Below the pieces are notes generated by a model, which saw only the letters and a list, made by a program, of their open reading frames with translations, did not search any database and was not told the DNA's origin. The position numbers and the translations under genes were made by a program. A stretch of DNA of 64,000 nt from positions 47,058,001 through 47,122,000 of the forward strand of contig CM060734.1 in NCBI GenBank assembly GCA_030704615.1, in the 5' to 3' direction. This DNA is from Takakia lepidozioides (taxonomy: Eukaryota; Plantae; Bryophyta). Below, piece by piece: positions 36,340-49,698 of the stretch. Positions within the stretch are counted from its first letter, which is position 1; each line of letters begins with the position of its first letter.

Positions 36340-37588
36340 TGTTTTGCGTTTGTAGTGCATGTGCGAGCCTGCTGGGGAAGGGTAAAGAGGTCCATGGTTG
36401 CATCGTCAAATCTGGAATTGTGGCAGATGTCATTATGAACAATACCCTTGTGGACAGGGAGTGTTCAACAATATGGCTGAGCGAAGGATAGAGTGTAATG
36501 ACTGCTAATGAAGGCACCTTCTTCAATTTCACCTTGTTTTCCCTTCTTATCAGAATCGCCCCTAACTATTCATGTCTGAATTCTGCAAGTTAGCTGGTTG
36601 AATGAAGCTTTGATAGTTTGGAGTGACTTTGACATGATTCTGCCAATGTGACAACAGGAAAGTATCAGAAACAGGTAACATAGACGAGGAGAAGTTGTGG
36701 AATGAATATTTTTCTGACCCCAGTCAATGGTGGGACAATCGAGGCAAGAAGGTGAATGTTTGTTGGATTATAGAGAGTAGCAGATGCAATTGAGCATAGG
36801 AACTAGTGTGATAAGTTGAGTTGGGTGCTTCCTAGAACAAGTCTAGGCTGTCATCGTCAACTGCTAGCAACAAGGCAAGGTTGTATGCATGATTCGTGCG
36901 AGGCATGGATAGTTGAAGGAGCAAGGATAGAGTGTGGGTGCAGATTCACCCAAGAGGGCCAGACTTCAAGCTCCAGATTAACTATGAAGCTACAAGAAAC
37001 CTGCATGGGTAGATGGTCAACTGGCAGCAACGGCACAATTGATAAAATCAGACATTGTTAATGAAGGCATCTTCTTCAGCACATTTCACCCTGTTTTTCC
37101 CTCTTATTAGAATCGGTCCAAAATTTCCATGTTGAATTATGCAAGTTAACTGGTTGAGTGAATCTAGTTTGGAGTGACTTTGACATGATACTGCTATGTG
37201 ACAACAGGAAAGTATCAAAAAACAAGTAACAAACATGAGGAGAAGCTGTGGAATGAATACTTTTCTGCCCCCAGTCAATGATGGGACAACCGAGGCAAAA
37301 AGGTGAATGCCTGCTATATTTCAGAGAGTAGCAGACGCAATTGAGCATAGGAACTAGTGTGATAAGCTGAGTTGGGTGTTTCCTAGAACAAATGTAGGTT
37401 GTCATTGTCAGCTACTAGCAGCAAGGCAAGGATGAATGCATGATTTGTGCAGGGGCATGGATAGCTGAAGGAGCAGGGATAGAGTGTGTTCCAGATTCAT
37501 CCTAGAGGGCCAAATTTCAAGCAAAAGATTTACCTATGATTCCTTGTGGATCAATAACTACAAGAAACCTCCATAGGTAGATGGTCTA
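36340..37588 (+). pseudogene. PPR fragment plus two tandem ~550-bp copies of the PDF module (intron 5, exon 6, intron 6, start of exon 7)
   Basis: EEKLWNEYFSDPSQWWDNRGKK|gt and ag|IHPRGPDFK at ~36660-37050, repeated at ~37060-37588 with introns retained. Confidence 0.9.
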
Positions 37589-37810
37589 TTCCGTGGAACT
37601 CACTGAAGTCTTGCATTATGAGGATCAGAACTGCTTGACTTGCACGAGGCCTTGACCCTTAGGCAATCCCCAGAGCAGCAGTAGCTTTTGGGCTGCTTTT
37701 TTACTTTGTGTTTTTCATTTTGTCCCATAAGCTCTTTGAGCTTTCCGCAGATGTAATAAAGTACCATTTTGTTTCATTTCATTCATTTTCATTTCATTTT
37801 GTTTCATGAC
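37588..37810 (+). mobile_element. RTE-X-like LINE 3' end inside the CACTA
   Basis: TGCACGAGGCCTTGACCCTTAGGCAATCCC..CCCATAAGCTCTTTGAGCTTTCCGCAGA..(CATTT)n matches the reverse complement of 18885-19090. Confidence 0.8.
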
Positions 37811-40800
37811 ATGTCTTTCATCGTTTGTGCATTTCTAATGCATGATTAGTTCTCTTGTATGGCATTACTAGTCGACTCACACTACAAACACCAAAACTCC
37901 AAAGCATGAATCACTATGAATGATTGTTCAAGTAATTTCGAGCACTTCATGTAAAGTAGTAAAGCAGTGGTTGCGCCAATTTCCGCAGTCGCAATTGCCA
38001 CTGGGCATGTAGCACTGCAAGTTATGTGGTCTACTACCACGTGGCGCCCGGGCCCGTGGCCATGTGGCAGCAGTGGTGCTCGTCGTGGCGCCCCATCGGC
38101 ATCCACATCGTCGTCCACGTCCGCGTCCATGTGTCACCGCTTCAGTGAGTCGGTCCACTCATCCGGAGGGAAAAGTCAAAGTCAGCCCAAAAGGTCAGAC
38201 ACACGGGCGGCCCGCCTGGTTACGCCACGTGATTCTTCAGCATTAATTGCATTAATCGTTGAGCAGTTGTTCGCGCGTCTGCGTCCTTTACCACTCCAAT
38301 CATTGGATGTCCAACCCAACTACCACGTCTGTTGTAACTTCCAGTCGATCCCAGTTTTTTTACTTTTACGACTCAAAATGAGTCGTTACCCCAGTGGTAA
38401 ATGACACGAATGCTTCTAGTGTATCAACATCTCTTGCCCAGTCAGCATCAGCAAACCCCAACAAACTTGGATCTTCCACTCTCTTGTAGAGTAGACGAGA
38501 GGTTGATGTTCCTCTTAGATATCGAAATATTCTCTTCACTGCTTTCCAATGGGTTTGTCCGGGATTTGAAAGAAATTGTGAGACCACTCCCACTGAATGT
38601 GCAATGTCTGGTCTAGTACAAACTATGCAATACATCAAACTGCCGACTGCGCTTTGATAAGGAGTTTTCCTCATATCTTCTTGCTCTTCTTGAGTTTTAG
38701 GTGTCATATCCTTCGTAAGTTTCAAACCAACTTCGAGAGGAGTTGATGTTGGCTTACTCATCTCCAACTTAAACCTTTGTAGAATTGTCTCAATGTATTG
38801 TCGTTGATGCATGAATACTGTATGGTTCACTCGATCTCTGCTAATTTGAATACCAAGACAGAACCGAATCTCACCCATGTCAGTCATGGCAAACTCAGCA
38901 CTCAACAGTGCTTTGGTTTCTGGCAACAACCTTTGATGATCGTTGGTGACAATGATTGTGTCATCCACATATAGAGCTATGACCACAAATTGCTCTCCCA
39001 TCTTTTTCACATAGATGTTTGTGTCAGCAATGCTTCGCTCAAATCTTGTCTTTAAGAGGTAAGCATCGATCCTAGCATACCAAGCTCGAGGACTTTGTTT
39101 GAGTCCATACAAACTCTTTTGCAACTTACACACAATATCACTTCCTCCTTGTACAAACCCTTCAGGTTGTCTCATGTAGATCTCTTCTTGTAGTTCTCCA
39201 TTCAGAAATGCGGTCTTAACATCCATTTGATGAACTTTGTGATCATGTTGAGCTGCAAGAGCTAACAACACTCTGATAGAAAAATTCTTCACCACTGGTG
39301 AGAATGTTTCATTGTAATCCACTCCTTGAATTTGTGCATAGCCTTTAGGTACAAGACGAGCTTTGTACCGGTAAATAGATCCATCAGCTTTGTACTTCAA
39401 CTTGAAGATCCACTTGCAACCAATGGCTCTTCGTCCTGCAGGCAACCTAGTGAGTGTCCATGCTTTGTTTTGCATCAATGAATCCAACTCTGAGTTGATT
39501 GCTTCTTCTCATTGTAGTTTGTCTGGAGAGCGCATCGCTTCCTCATATGTAGCAGGCTCAACCACTTGTGATGCTTCTTCCATAGCTTCAATGGCACTCA
39601 TAGATGTAATCAGCCTACTAGGAGCTTTTCTTTCCGGCTGAGATCTCCTTAGAATTGGCACATCTTCAACTTCATCTCTAGAGTCCATATCAACAAGTGG
39701 TTCACCAACTTCGACTCCTTGATCAACTCCATCAAGTTGAACACCTCCATCATTTGCTTCAGCCATCTCTTGTATTGGCTCCTCATAAGACTCCTCTTGG
39801 AAATGGTGTAATGGCTCTAAGCTCATTCCCATGTCATCTTCTCCCACTACCAAAGAGGGTATGAAGCCTTCATCAAACACTACGTCCCTACTGTGTTTGA
39901 CAGCCTTAGTTGTCTTATTGAAAACTTATATCCCTTCACACCTTCTGTGTAGCCAATGAAGATGCATCCTTCTGATTTGGAGTCAAGTTTCCTTCGCTTC
40001 TGAGTAGGGATATGGACATATGCACGACATCCAAAAGTCCTACAATGAGCCACACTAGGCTTCTGACCACTCCATACCTCTTCTGGTGTTTTTCCTAACA
40101 CTGATTTGGTAGGTATTCTGTTGTGAAGATATGCTGCAGTGCCAACAGCTTCTGCCCAAAAATGAATGTACAATCTCTAATATACTTGTGGCTCTTCGTT
40201 CACCATCCTTAGGAAATTGGCCTCGTTGTTGCTTCCTTTCCAAACAACCTTTGCATAGACGTATATCGCTCATCTCCTTCAATGGTAATCCTTCCACAAG
40301 ATGGCTTGAGAGTTGCATCTATCTCAACTTCTTAATGCTCACATGACCTAACCTTCTATGCCACAACTATGTTTATGACATGACAGGTGTAGATCCCAAC
40401 TGTGGTGAAAATGTGGTAAGAGCACTAGAGACATGATGTTGTAATCTATACAAGCAATTATCAAGAATAGTTCTTGCTACCACAGCTCCTGAGCTATCTG
40501 TGATAGTACAACTCTCATCTTGGAATACCACTATGTATCCATTTGCAACAATTTGCCTTACAGACAGCAGGTTCTTTGTTAAAGTAGGGACATGTATGAC
40601 ATTTTCCACCTCTATGGTTTCCCCTTCATTGAGCATAAGAGAGACTGAGCCTTCCCCACCAATGACATGCTTGCTATCATCTCCCAAAAGAACATATTGT
40701 GTAGGTGAAAGAGATCTATAGGATAAGAAATGCTCTCTCTCTGAACTCATATGTTGAGATACTCCTGAATCAACATACCACACATGCTTCTGTCTAGTAG

Positions 40801-41757
40801 TGGTTGAGAGAGATACAACAAATAGAATAGCATTCCTCTGATGAGTAGCTATGTTCCCTTGACTCTCTCTGCTGCGCTCATCTACAATGCGCTTTCTACA
40901 ATCCTTTGATCATGTGACCAAGTTTCTTGCAATAAAAGCACCTCACTTTGGCCTTTTTGATCTTTGAGCTAGATTGAGGTTTCTAAACCCTCTGGGACTT
41001 CTGAGACATATGTGAAGAGAGTCTTCTATCAAGACTACTCCAGTCTTGCCTGTGAACAAAGCTTTGTCTACCTCTGTAGACGTACCTTGATCTTTTCTTC
41101 TTGTTTCCTCCTTTGAGGAGAAGTCCTATGACACATCAATAGTTAAGTTGGTTTTGTCCTGCTAGAACACACAAAACCATCATAGGATTCAGGTAAGGTT
41201 GCCAATAACACCACTGCGGCGTGTTCATCAGTCACATTAGTTCCCACAGAGACTAGTTGATCTCGCAACACACAAAACAAATTCAAGTGTTGTTCAACTG
41301 AGTCTGACTCGGTCATCTTTAGACCATAGAACTTTTGCATCGCATACACTTGCGATGTGACAGATTCGTCTCATATATGCTTGCTAGCTTGTCCCAAACA
41401 TCCTTAGCATTCTTAGCACTTATAATGAGATGCAACTGATTGTCTCTCAAGCTTGTGATGATGCTAGCTCTTGCTTTCTGATCTTTCCTATCCCATATGG
41501 CTTGGCCAACAATAGTGTCAGGTCTTGGGACTAATCCATCAACCACTCCCCATAGATCTTTGTCTAGAAGGACCATCTCCATCCTAAACTTCCAGGTTTG
41601 ATAGTTAGCTCCATTGAATCGATCTTCCACTCTCACATCTAATGCACTCGTCATAGACATAGAAGGAGGATTGCTAGAAGACGACGCTCCAGCCATAATC
41701 AAGTTCTCTCAATCTCAACTACCAACTCTCACCTAGAGAAGAATGGCTCTGATACCA

Positions 41758-42052
41758 TGTTAGAATTGAGCAAGAACATGAACAAGAACTAAAGTCTTAG
41801 ACTAAAGCTCTCCTCCCAACCATAGAAGCCACCATCATACTCTTACACTTAGACTAGTGGCTTCATCCCCGAGCTTGTACAAGAAGGTCTCTAGAAAGTC
41901 CTACTTGGTCACTTCCACTTCCACTATGGTGACCATCCACCTTCTAGCCATTCACCTTCCAAAGGTGAGTTAAACAAGATAGTCTCTTAGACTTCTAAAC
42001 TTTTGGCCTTCAAGACTCTTAGTCTTCTAGATATATTTAATTACTTCCAACA
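41758..42052 (-). repeat. Copia 5' LTR
   Basis: Adjacent to the PBS; TG..CA ends; followed by TSD CTAAC. Confidence 0.96.
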
Positions 42053-43787
42053 CTAACGGCTTAACTAGCCTGCCTGTATATTGTAGAGCAATGCTCCTCC
42101 TATATAACATTTCTTTTTTCCTTTTTTCATACTACAGAATTGAGCTCAAAGAAACCTCATGTGCTTCCGTTAAATGTCTGCACAGATTCTACTGTCCGGG
42201 ACTACCTCCAACCAAAGATGACATGTACGCAGGGTCCATAACAGAGGTGAAATTAAATCTCTATTGCGACGACATTTCCTTACAAGAAAAAATTGCAATC
42301 GAGCATTGGTAGCTACAGGATGACTTGTAGCCAGAACCTCAGGTGCATGGTGGGCAACCAACTCAGGATCAACTCCAGAAGCAACTATTGTAGAACAAGT
42401 AACATCCACAACAGATTTGCCCTCCTTTGGCACTATAGAAGAGGCAGCCACGTTATTGATAGGGGCCTGAGGCACATCCACTTTTGACATCCAACCAGAT
42501 ACAAGTACCTCACGCACAGCAGGAACTGGCAGTGAAACTGCAATCGGAACAGGACCTGAAACTGACATAGGAACTGGCAATCTAACAACAATTGGCACTG
42601 AAGCTGACACTTGCACTTCAGATGCAAGGGGTGGTGTTGGCAATGGATTAGCAGAAGCGGGAAAGAGAAGATGCCATATGGGAAAAAGTTCTCCTGGCAA
42701 TCAGATGTATCCCAGAAATTGTCATCATTGACACTAGCTGCAGGTGGCGAGACTGCATGAACTGGTTTGTTTGCACTGCTACCTGCAGCACAAGTGAAAC
42801 TAGAAGAAGGAGAAGAATCTACATGCTTCCCTGCAGGATTAAATCTGATAATGCCAATTGCTGGAGTGCGTGGAGCATTCCTCCATATGGTTCAAATTAC
42901 AAGATCTGTATGGTGGATAAGTGCTTGTTGGAACAGAACGTAGTATAGTACTTGGAATATGACAGTTCATTCCGTAGGAACACTAGCAGCAGTCCTTAGC
43001 AATGGAGGCAGAGACTGTCTGGCCGCAAGATTAAGTGGAGGACGACTATCCAGGGGAGCAACATTCGTCACTTCATTCAACATTGCATGTGGAACATGAG
43101 TGATCGGAGCATGAGAATCTTCTTCCTCAAACAGCTCCGCAATGCAAGGCACATCATCCGAATCTACAATTGGACCAGCGGATAGTTTTTGACCAATCTC
43201 ACTAGTAGCATGATAGGCCTCTAGCTCGATCTGGTAGTAGGATCATAAGGATGGATTTATGTTGAGGTTCTGAGCAGCTTTCTGCTTCATGAGCTACAGA
43301 CAAGATCAGCACTTTTTTTTTCAAGCAATTTCAAGCATAGTGTTTCCGAGTTCCTAAGAAGATCAAGTAAGACTCTGGCGCCTGTGATAACAAGAGATTC
43401 TATCACATCATTTTTGGCCTGGGGCTCATCTCTCATGAGTCTGAAGTAACATACTTTCTCAGGAGTATATCCACAGAGAACCCATGCAGCATTTCTGTGG
43501 GGTCGTGCAGCCACTGCATACTAATTACTTCGTGCCTCGATTGGTCTAAGATTCCAAGCCCATACTGTGATTGTCACCTTACTGAGAAAGATTGCATTTA
43601 GTGGATGTCTGGGGGCTCTCGTACGAATTTAAACAATGAATGGATCACACCTTAATAGTACAAATTATCTTTCGTCTTTTTGCAAATTGTCAACTGATCC
43701 GTTCTTTAAAAAGTTGATGTAACTCATCCTTCTCCCTACAATTGTATGTCGAGTGACTCACAGCCGACAAGGAGGAACTCGCCTCTG

Positions 43788-44244
43788 AATTTTGTGTGGC
43801 CTCGTCGTAATGAGGCCACAGGGTGCAGAGGGGACAGGGATCTGACAGTGGCCTGCTACATTAAAACCATCCCTATTCGCCTATTTCTCTTATATATCAA
43901 AAAAACTTCGGTTTGTTAGCACGGTGGAGGTTGTGGTTTGGTGGTAGGTCGAGTGATGTGGCGATGCAGGTGTCGGGTTCCACTCCATGTTCCGGTGGTA
44001 GGCGCTATCTACAACTATCTCCATGGAGGTTGTATGTAACTACTCTTCTGCAGGTAGTTTCAGCTTCAGCTTGGTTTTGCAACTACCTTTATGTAAAAAA
44101 TCTACATGCATGGAGGTAGTTGTAAATTTCATATGCCAAAAAAATTCTAAGTCTTAGACGCATGAAGGTAGTTTGCTCCCATATTTAATAGACGGCGGGC
44201 CCCATCGTCTGACCAGCCTCATTACGACGAGGCCACACAAAATT
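43788..44244. repeat. Perfect 29-bp inverted repeat pair (43788-43816 / 44216-44244); probable MITE remnant
   Basis: AATTTTGTGTGGCCTCGTCGTAATGAGGC and its exact reverse complement ~400 bp apart; no TSD identified. Confidence 0.75.
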
Positions 44245-44324
44245 ATGAGCCGAAGAACTGTGTGTCCGGTTTTCTTTTTTCAGAAAATCCTCGACATTCA
44301 CGTAGACATCCGCCTTCTTCCAAC

Positions 44325-44952
44325 CAGTGTTGGATTGGTATACCTGGTTTAACCTAGGTATGGAATACATGTATGAATATATATATTGAAGAACATACCA
44401 GTCGGGTATGAAAGAACCAGTGTACCCATGTGATACACGTACTAGGGGAGTATGGCTTTAGGATTCCCCGCACACATACCATACCAGTTTGGGTATATGG
44501 AGGAATAGCATGGTCCGATACCAGTATTGCGGTGAGTTCATGGCGAATGGAGGTAGGTATGTGCAGCTAGTTATACCCTGTACTACAATTTGGTTAATTT
44601 CAAGGCTACATGTTGCAATTTAGACTTCATTTGTGTTTTCGTACTACTTTGGGTTACCTTTGCCTAGTGTTTCACGGCTTGGATTAAAATTAGCTATGTG
44701 CTAAATGACATTTATTTCTATGTATGGTGAGCTGTAGAAATACCATACCTGCCCCCAGTATCACTACAGAGAAAGGACAATACCAGTACCATACTCATAT
44801 ACAGCCCAAAGTACAACTACTCATACCAGATTCATACCCAAGTTGCTCATACTTGTATAAATACCTATACCAGTCTGGTATGAAAAAGGGGTGGGACCCT
44901 TCATACCAGGACCAGTCTGGTATTAAAAAATGGACATACCAGTCCAACACTG
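44325..44952. mobile_element. hAT-type MITE, 628 bp
   Basis: 17-bp TIR CAGTGTTGGATTGGTAT / ATACCAGTCCAACACTG (1 mismatch); 8-bp TSD CTTCCAAC/CTTCGAAC; many internal ATACCAGT motifs. Confidence 0.9.
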
Positions 44953-45712
44953 CTTCGAACCCACTTTGACCTTTCTCCACACAACCTTGACATCAGGACA
45001 TACTCATGTGAGTCCACCCAGCTATAAAATGGTGGAGGCCCATTTTGTAGTTCAGTAGACAGGACCCACAAAGAAAGTCAAGGTGCATGACAACGTGAAG
45101 AGTGGTATGAGTAACGTACCGCCTCCCTTCTTCCTCTTCATCGCTCACACGACGTCCACAACCCACGTGAGCTTGCAGCCTGCTCTTCTCTTTTTGGGTT
45201 TTCCTCACAGACACGGTGAAGACTAAAAATGAGGATGAATGTGGCCTGAGAACATGGCATGAACTTACCACAGTCTTTTGCTTCTTTAATTTGAGTCTTT
45301 TCTAATATGTTGTTTTAAGTGTGTTTCATTCTTTCACAAGATACTATACTACTTAATGTCATAGTGTGGCCTCTGCCGTTGAGCACATATTGTATTGATG
45401 TTTTACTAAGTATATATGTAGTTCTGTATATTTTCACACATTTGCCTCTCTGTGTCTCTGTGCTTCTTGTGCGCGCGGGTGGGCGTTGAAAGATCTTGCC
45501 ATCCATCTCTCGAAGAGCTTGAAGATGATGGTTTTGATACTTATGGGTGGGTTCTGCGGCCGTTGACGTTGAACGTGCCGAAGCCCCTGGTAGACTTCGC
45601 TAATAAACAGCCACAGGTATGGCTCATTGGACACTTCCTCGACACACTATCAGCGAGATAAAGATGGGGGGAGGAATTATATTTATTGTAGGATCTTGGT
45701 CTACAGGTGAAA

Positions 45713-45717
<5 letters not shown>

Positions 45718-45763
<46 letters not shown>

Positions 45764-45769
45764 AAGAGA
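45718..45769. repeat. (GA)n microsatellite
   Basis: About 20 consecutive GA units. Confidence 0.97.
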
Positions 45770-46111
45770 GCATTCATTGAATTCAATCACATTCCTAGAG
45801 TGTGACATACTTGAAACCACAATATTGTCTCCGTCTTGGCAATTCATCTTGATTGTACTTGCACATGTAGAGTCCAAACACAGTGCAGATTTTGGTGGGG
45901 AATAGAGAGAGGTGACTCTCCTGGTTTCAGGATCTTCTAGGAAGGGGAGCCAAAAATAGTTGGATACTTAAAATGAAGCTATATGTCTAGAGTTTGATGA
46001 GTAGCATAGGTTGAAGTTTCTTGTGAAGGTTTTGGGATTACTCACAAAGCAATCATTTGATAAGATTGTGTTGTCATTTTGTAGAAGCTTCAAATCATGA
46101 TCACAGATGGG

Positions 46112-46721
46112 TGTCAAGGACGAGAATATGACTTAACACAAACAAGAGATTAGACTAGAGGTACAAGACTAGACAAGAAGTCAAGGTCGGCGTGGCCGAA
46201 TGCATAGTGGATAAACATGAATCAAGATAATCTTTATAACAATGGACAAAAGTACAAGATACTGGAACTCGACTCGAATATTGGAATGCTGTAAATTGGA
46301 CTGGAGTACCAGATGCTAGAAATTGGACTAGAGGATTGGGACTGGGAACAAGAATAGCTTGAACTTGTGTTGGCGAAACTGAATAGTGTCCAGTCTCGCC
46401 TCCTATATATATTGGCTACTAAGAAGCTTCCCTAAGAAGCTTCCCCTATGGAGGTTTCTTGCTAGAGAAGTTTCCAAGATTAAACAAAGGTTTCTTGATG
46501 GAGAAGCTTCCTTAATCAAATGAGGTATCTTGATGGAGAAGTTTCCTCCAAATGAAGCTTCATGAGCAGTTTCCCAAGTTACTCTTGGTACTTTGGTAAA
46601 CTCCCGGTAACTTGGTAAGTAATGGTAATCACGGTAAGTCATGGTAACTTCTGGTAACATGGTAACTTGGTAATTTTTGGTATTTACTCGTGGTAAGTTT
46701 CTCTGGGCTATGTCCGTGACA
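46112..46721. mobile_element. Solo LTR (610 bp) in an intron of the GMP pseudogene
   Basis: TGTCAAGGAC...GTCCGTGACA inverted termini; perfect 5-bp TSD ATGGG; TATA-like run at ~46404; GGTAAC(T/A)T 9-mer repeats at ~46580-46700. Confidence 0.9.
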
Positions 46722-49698
46722 ATGGGTAGTTTGATGACATAAGGAGTGTAGCATGGCGGACCACATTGCATTAGATTTGGTGACTATGCGCAGTCTTGGA
46801 GTTGGTCTAGTGTTCTTCTCCTCCATTCCCTCTCCTCCTCTATCTCCACTTGAGAACATGTTGGCTAAGTATGGAAATATTGACGGATGCAGGTGATGAT
46901 GAATTTTCTAAAGGACTTTGAGAAGATATTGGGTATCAAGATTACATGCTCACAAGAGACAGAGTCAATGTGCACAGCTGGCCCACTGGCCTTGCCCAAA
47001 GACAAGCTGGATGATGGATCTGGTGAGGCATTTTTTTGTTTTGAACAGCGATGTCATCAGCAAATACCATTTGCCATTTGAAGCAAATGATTGAATTTCA
47101 CAAAAAGCATAGAAGCGAAGCTACAATTATGGTCACTAAGGTAGACTTCAGAAATATTTGTATATTTGTCTTTGTCTTGGTCTTATCTTAATTTCTTTAA
47201 CCGTTGTCGTGCACAATGGCATGTCTTGCTTCCACGTTATTTTCATGCATTTATACCAATTGCTGGCAAATTGATGAAATTTATCATGAGGATTATATTC
47301 AGTGGACATTCATTAGTGGGGCCTTGTCATAAGATAGCAAAACACATCTTTTGGGGGCTTTGAAATCAGCTGGCAGCCTGACTTTAGACTTCTAGAGTTA
47401 TGCCATTTCATCAACTTCGGTTGAACTTGACAGACCTCTTTGCAGGTGTGCCATTTCTCTGGAACGTCAGAACTGTCAGCCCCATGGCTATGACCAAATG
47501 ACTGAGGGGCCTCCTCAAAGCCCAGGATGATGAGGAAGATCTGCATGTCAAAATCATGCATTGCACTCTCATCTTAGTCCAATTATATATAGACATTCTT
47601 ATATTGTGATTTTGGTTCCTTGTCCTAAGGTGGATGAGCCTTCCAAGTATGGAGTGGTGGTGATGGAGGAAACGACAGGCAGAGTGCAAAAATTTGTTGA
47701 GAAACCGTAGGAATTTGTGGGAAACAAAATCAATGCGGGTATCTATTTTTGAGTCAAAAAACCCTCAATCGGATTCAACTCCGGCCAACCTCAATTGAGA
47801 AAGAGGTATTTCCAAAAATTGCGATTGAGAAGAAACTATATGCCATGGTATTACCGGGGTTTTGGATGGACATAGGCCAGCCCCGGGATTACATCACAGG
47901 CCTCCGGCTATACCTTGATTCCCTGAACAGGAGGGCACCAACAATGCTAGCATCGGGGTCATCTTACATGGGGAATGTGATTGTGGATCAAAGTGCCCAA
48001 ATCGGAGAAGGGTGCTTGATTGGGCCGGATGTTTCCATTGGTCAAGGGTGTGTGATCGAGGCCGGAGTTCGGCTCTCTCAGTGTACAATAATGAGGGGTG
48101 TGAGAGTCAAGAAGCATGCTTGCATTTCAGGAATTGGCTGGCACTCCACATTTGGACAATGGGCTCGTGTCGAGAACATGACTCTGCTGGGAGAGGATGT
48201 CCATGTCTGTGATGAAATCCTCAGCAATGGAGGTGTGGTGCTACCTCACAAAGAGATCAAGACCAACATCCTCAAATTCTCTAGCTAGCAAAGATCTTCT
48301 AGGAACATTGCGACTCGTTTGATTAGAATTGTGAATGTTGTTCCCTATTGACAAATTACTGATCCACAAATAATGAGATAAAAGATGAGTATCCTGTGAC
48401 ATTCCAGATGTCCTAGATTCTGCCACAGAGATACGATAATGCTGCCTCCCTCCACAATTGCAGGCCGCGGGCTAGTTAGTGCCGTAAACTAATGAAATCC
48501 GGCACTGGTTCGGGGATGAGTCCCCTGAGACCCTAGCTTCAAGTAGGGTGAGTTGAAATAGTTACAAAGTATGTTAGAATTAGGATGGATGAACTGTTGG
48601 GTTCAACTCATCATCTGTTAGATTTTCTAGACACCTAAAATAGACGGCCTAGAATAGCTATTAGATAAGTCTTGAGGGAATAGACATCTCTCCTCCCAGC
48701 CATCTAGTAGTTTTTATTACGATCCTTTGTATGTGTTTGAAATGGGTCAAAGTGACCTCCATAGCTCAGACAATTCAAAGTGAGCCCATTCCAAAAATTG
48801 ACTCATTGATAATTACAAAAATACAACCCAAGTGGGCCTAACTGTGGGCCAATTATGTCTCGCCACACAGACAATTAACTATACATATCCCCTCCTGCAT
48901 GCTCCAATTTCATGACCATGCATTTTCCAACAAATCTACATGTCCAAAGATTTGCTAGAAATTACTAGTATCAATATGAGAAGGTGGGCCATGTCGTTAG
49001 AAGTTTAAATGCAGTAGGAACCATTAAAAAAATTAAAATCTACAAAAAGTACATAGAAAAATTTACTTCCTCAAAACCCCAAAGAGTCTCCTCGGCCCTG
49101 AAGGGTTAAACTTGCAAATGCTGGAAACTATGTCTGCCATTGAGCAGGGATAAAATTTTCAGTTTAAAATGCCATTCAACAACACCAAACCTACACACAG
49201 ACACAACTTCTGGAAAAAGAGTCAATTGTCAGAAACCTGATCATAGCCTGTTTGATTATTATGATTCAAAGTAACGGAAACCCACTGGAAACAACTACAT
49301 CCTCTACCTCAACTCAGAGTGCTCCTGACCAAGGACAAATCCAGGCTGCTCAAATAGACAAAACCCTTTTTTTGGCCTCAATGGGAGAAAAAGGGGCGGA
49401 GACCCTTGATTGCATTGATAAACAAAGGAGAAAACCAATTTACTCAGAAAATTGCACACAAGCCCACCATTTGTCTCCTGTGCTCATAAGAAACAGTGAC
49501 TGGATGGATTGTGCCATCTTAAAATCGCAGCTACACAGAATTATGGTTGATGGCATGAAGATTGACGAATTTAAGGAGAGCTCTACCTGCAAAATGTGGA
49601 CCCAGTCTGTAGAGCTTGGTGGTATCCACCCTTGCCAACCGACCAGCTCCCTAGCATGTCTACAGATGGTTCCTTAGCTTTTTCAAGTACACACGTTT

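Larger units (their letters stand above)
32116..38421. mobile_element. Non-autonomous CACTA (Pack-CACTA) element, 6306 bp, carrying PDF-PPR gene fragments
   Basis: TIRs CACTAGAAACATTCATGTC (32116) and GACACGAATGCTTCTAGTG (ends 38421); 3-bp TSD TAT. Removing it restores Copia pol in frame: DWARDVD-S-RKSTSG. No transposase recognised. Confidence 0.95.
31344..42052 (-). mobile_element. Ty1/Copia LTR retrotransposon with both LTRs, defective, interrupted by a CACTA element
   Basis: LTRs 31344-31645 and 41758-42052 (TG..CA); 5-bp TSD CTAAC; Met-tRNA PBS TGGTATCAGAGC at 41757-41746; PPT TTGAGTGGGAG next to 31646. gag (FNGANYQTWKFRM), protease (WYVDSG), partly deleted integrase, RT (YKARLV, QMDVKTAFL, YVDD), RNase H (TKHIEVQHH). 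Confidence 0.97.
45526..48288 (+). pseudogene. GDP-mannose pyrophosphorylase (CYT1/VTC1-like) unprocessed pseudogene; exon remnants ~45526-45616, 46893-47140, 47630-48288
   Basis: [80 protein letters not shown]. In-frame stop at ~47708, frameshifts and deletions. Confidence 0.93.

Noticed and set aside
42170-43514. Pro/Val-rich and other short minus-strand ORFs
   Set aside because: No recognisable family or consistent exon structure; left unannotated.
47749-48288. Functional GDP-mannose pyrophosphorylase
   Set aside because: Upstream in-frame stop, frameshifts and loss of the GGFGTR motif.
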